Of a DNA stretch of 64,000 bases, positions 62,504 through 64,000 are shown in pieces. Source of the DNA: Utricularia gibba (taxonomy: Eukaryota; Plantae; Magnoliophyta); assembly GCA_002189035.1 (NCBI GenBank), contig NEEC01000011.1:372001-436000 (forward strand). The letters run 5' to 3'. Positions within the stretch are counted from its first letter, which is position 1; each line of letters opens with the position of its first letter. The notes beneath the pieces were generated by a model. It was not told the DNA's origin. It saw only the letters and a list, made by a program, of their open reading frames with translations, and made no database searches. Position numbers and translations under genes: made by a program.

Positions 62504-64000
62504 ATGAGTCAATTGAAGATCAAACGCAGAATAGGAAAGTATGAAATTGGAAGGACTATCGGCGAGGGGGCATTTGCAAAAGTTAAATTTGCTAGAAACT
62601 CTGAGTCTGGGCAGTCCGTGGCTATCAAGATTCTCGATAGGGATAAGGTTCTAAAGCACAGAATGTCTGAACAGGTGCATCTTGTTGACTCTTACATGCC
62701 TTATCATACATTACGTTGTGCAACTGTTGACAAAATATGACAGTGTCTTTTGGAAAGGGAAGGTAGAAGTTTGTGAATCACCCTCATTGACTATCTAGTT
62801 TGTTTTTCGTATCTACTTTCATTGGTAGTGTGACGAATATCTGCTTTCACTGGTAGAGCGATGAATATCTAAGATACACCTGCAACCGTGTGCAGATTAA
62901 AAGGGAAATTTCTACGATGAAGTTAATTAAGCATCCCAATGTTGTTCGTATCTATGAGGTTCGTTTCTCTTTCTTGATACATAATGCTGAACTTATAACT
63001 CCTGAAAAGCTGAAGAATTGTGTGTTGGCCTTTGTTTTCTTGGTACCCATCTCACAAAAAAGAAAAACTTGACAAATTGTGGTTGGTCCAAAAACAAACT
63101 TTTCATGAACTGCACTTTTAAATATTTCAGGTCTTGGCAAGCAAGACAAAGATATATATTGTGCTAGAATTTGTCACTGGCGGAGAGCTTTTTGACAAGA
63201 TCGTAAGTTAAACTATGTTCTTTGTTTTCCACTTCCTAGCATTCTGTTTTCTACAAGACTTGTTTCCAAAACTTTCGTTCAGTTGGCATATGTGTGTCTG
63301 GAGTTCTACTCCATGCATGGTGCCTCCTTTTATGCTAGAATGTGATTCCAGTTCTTGAAGTGAAGTTAACTTTAATGTGCTTAAACTTGACTTGTATAAT
63401 ATTGAAGGTAAATCATGGAAGGATGTCGGAAGATGAAGCAAGGAAATACTTTCAGCAACTCATACATGCTGTTGATTATTGCCATAGCAGGGGTGTTTTC
63501 CACAGAGATCTTAAGGTTGATTTTTATTATATTGATTATGTACCACAGTGACTTCTCACCGTAAAGGCTCAGGGTCATGCTCTTTGATGATGTAGCCTGA
63601 GAACCTGCTTTTGGATGCTGCTGGGAACTTAAAGGTTTCTGACTTTGGGTTAAGTGCTCTGTCACAGCAAGTGAAGGTAAATATCAGGTCTTAAACATTG
63701 GGATTAGTCTTGTTCGGCTCGAAGTTCATCCTATCCTTATCTAAGAAAAAAAGTTGATTTGCGTGACGGTTTAAACTTTGAACTGGAGAGAGTGATGGTT
63801 GAATTCCTAATATTTCAGGATGATGGGTTGCTGCATACTGCTTGTGGTACGCCAAACTATGTCGCCCCTGAGGTATGGCTATCTTAACTTTCTCAGTCAC
63901 TATGGTGGATTTCCTTGGGCTGATAGTCAATACAAAGCTTTATAGGTCCTTAATGATGAAGGCTACAATGGAGCAATGGCCGACCTGTGGTCATGTGGAG
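62504..64000 (+). CDS. CIPK3: CBL-interacting Ser/Thr kinase, intron-rich CIPK3/26/32 clade, 5' part (first 7 coding exons)
   Basis: [96 protein letters not shown]. Orthologue within the clade not resolved. Confidence 0.9.

Noticed and set aside
1-64000. rRNA, tRNA, CRISPR arrays, organellar insertions, horizontally acquired prokaryotic genes
   Set aside because: None recognised by eye. tRNAscan-SE, Infernal/Rfam and BLAST to organelle genomes would be needed to exclude small items.

Overview
Plant nuclear DNA. The protein sequences look eudicot, possibly Lamiales; that assignment is inference only. There are eight protein-coding genes, most with very short introns: PPH1/TAP38 thylakoid PP2C (+), GIF2/3-type co-activator (-), HP30/TRIC Tim17-22-23+SAM protein (+), fimbrin FIM2 (-), a UBA-domain protein (-), a GPI-anchored nsLTP (-), an LRR-III receptor-like kinase (-) and a CIPK3-clade kinase (+, runs off the window). 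They are separated by a graveyard of nested transposons with no intact element. These include two Athila families (four copies of one LTR, three of the other), a Tat/Retand 3' fragment with an antisense ORF, a Copia-type solo LTR, a CRM-like fragment, a PIF/Harbinger element, two MULE transposase remnants, a hAT fragment and two non-autonomous Mutator-like elements with target-site duplications (TSDs). I cannot show a genuinely new biological system. The best leads are: (i) an apparently spliced antisense gene in the Tat/Retand fragment; (ii) a condensed Athila derivative with RT fused in frame to the integrase tail; (iii) a GGTAGA motif array conserved in the LTRs; (iv) single-G frameshifts in PPH1 and the UBA gene, most likely assembly errors, with a possible splice rescue in PPH1; (v) predicted 3'UTR introns in GIF. 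All alignments and exon calls were made by eye.
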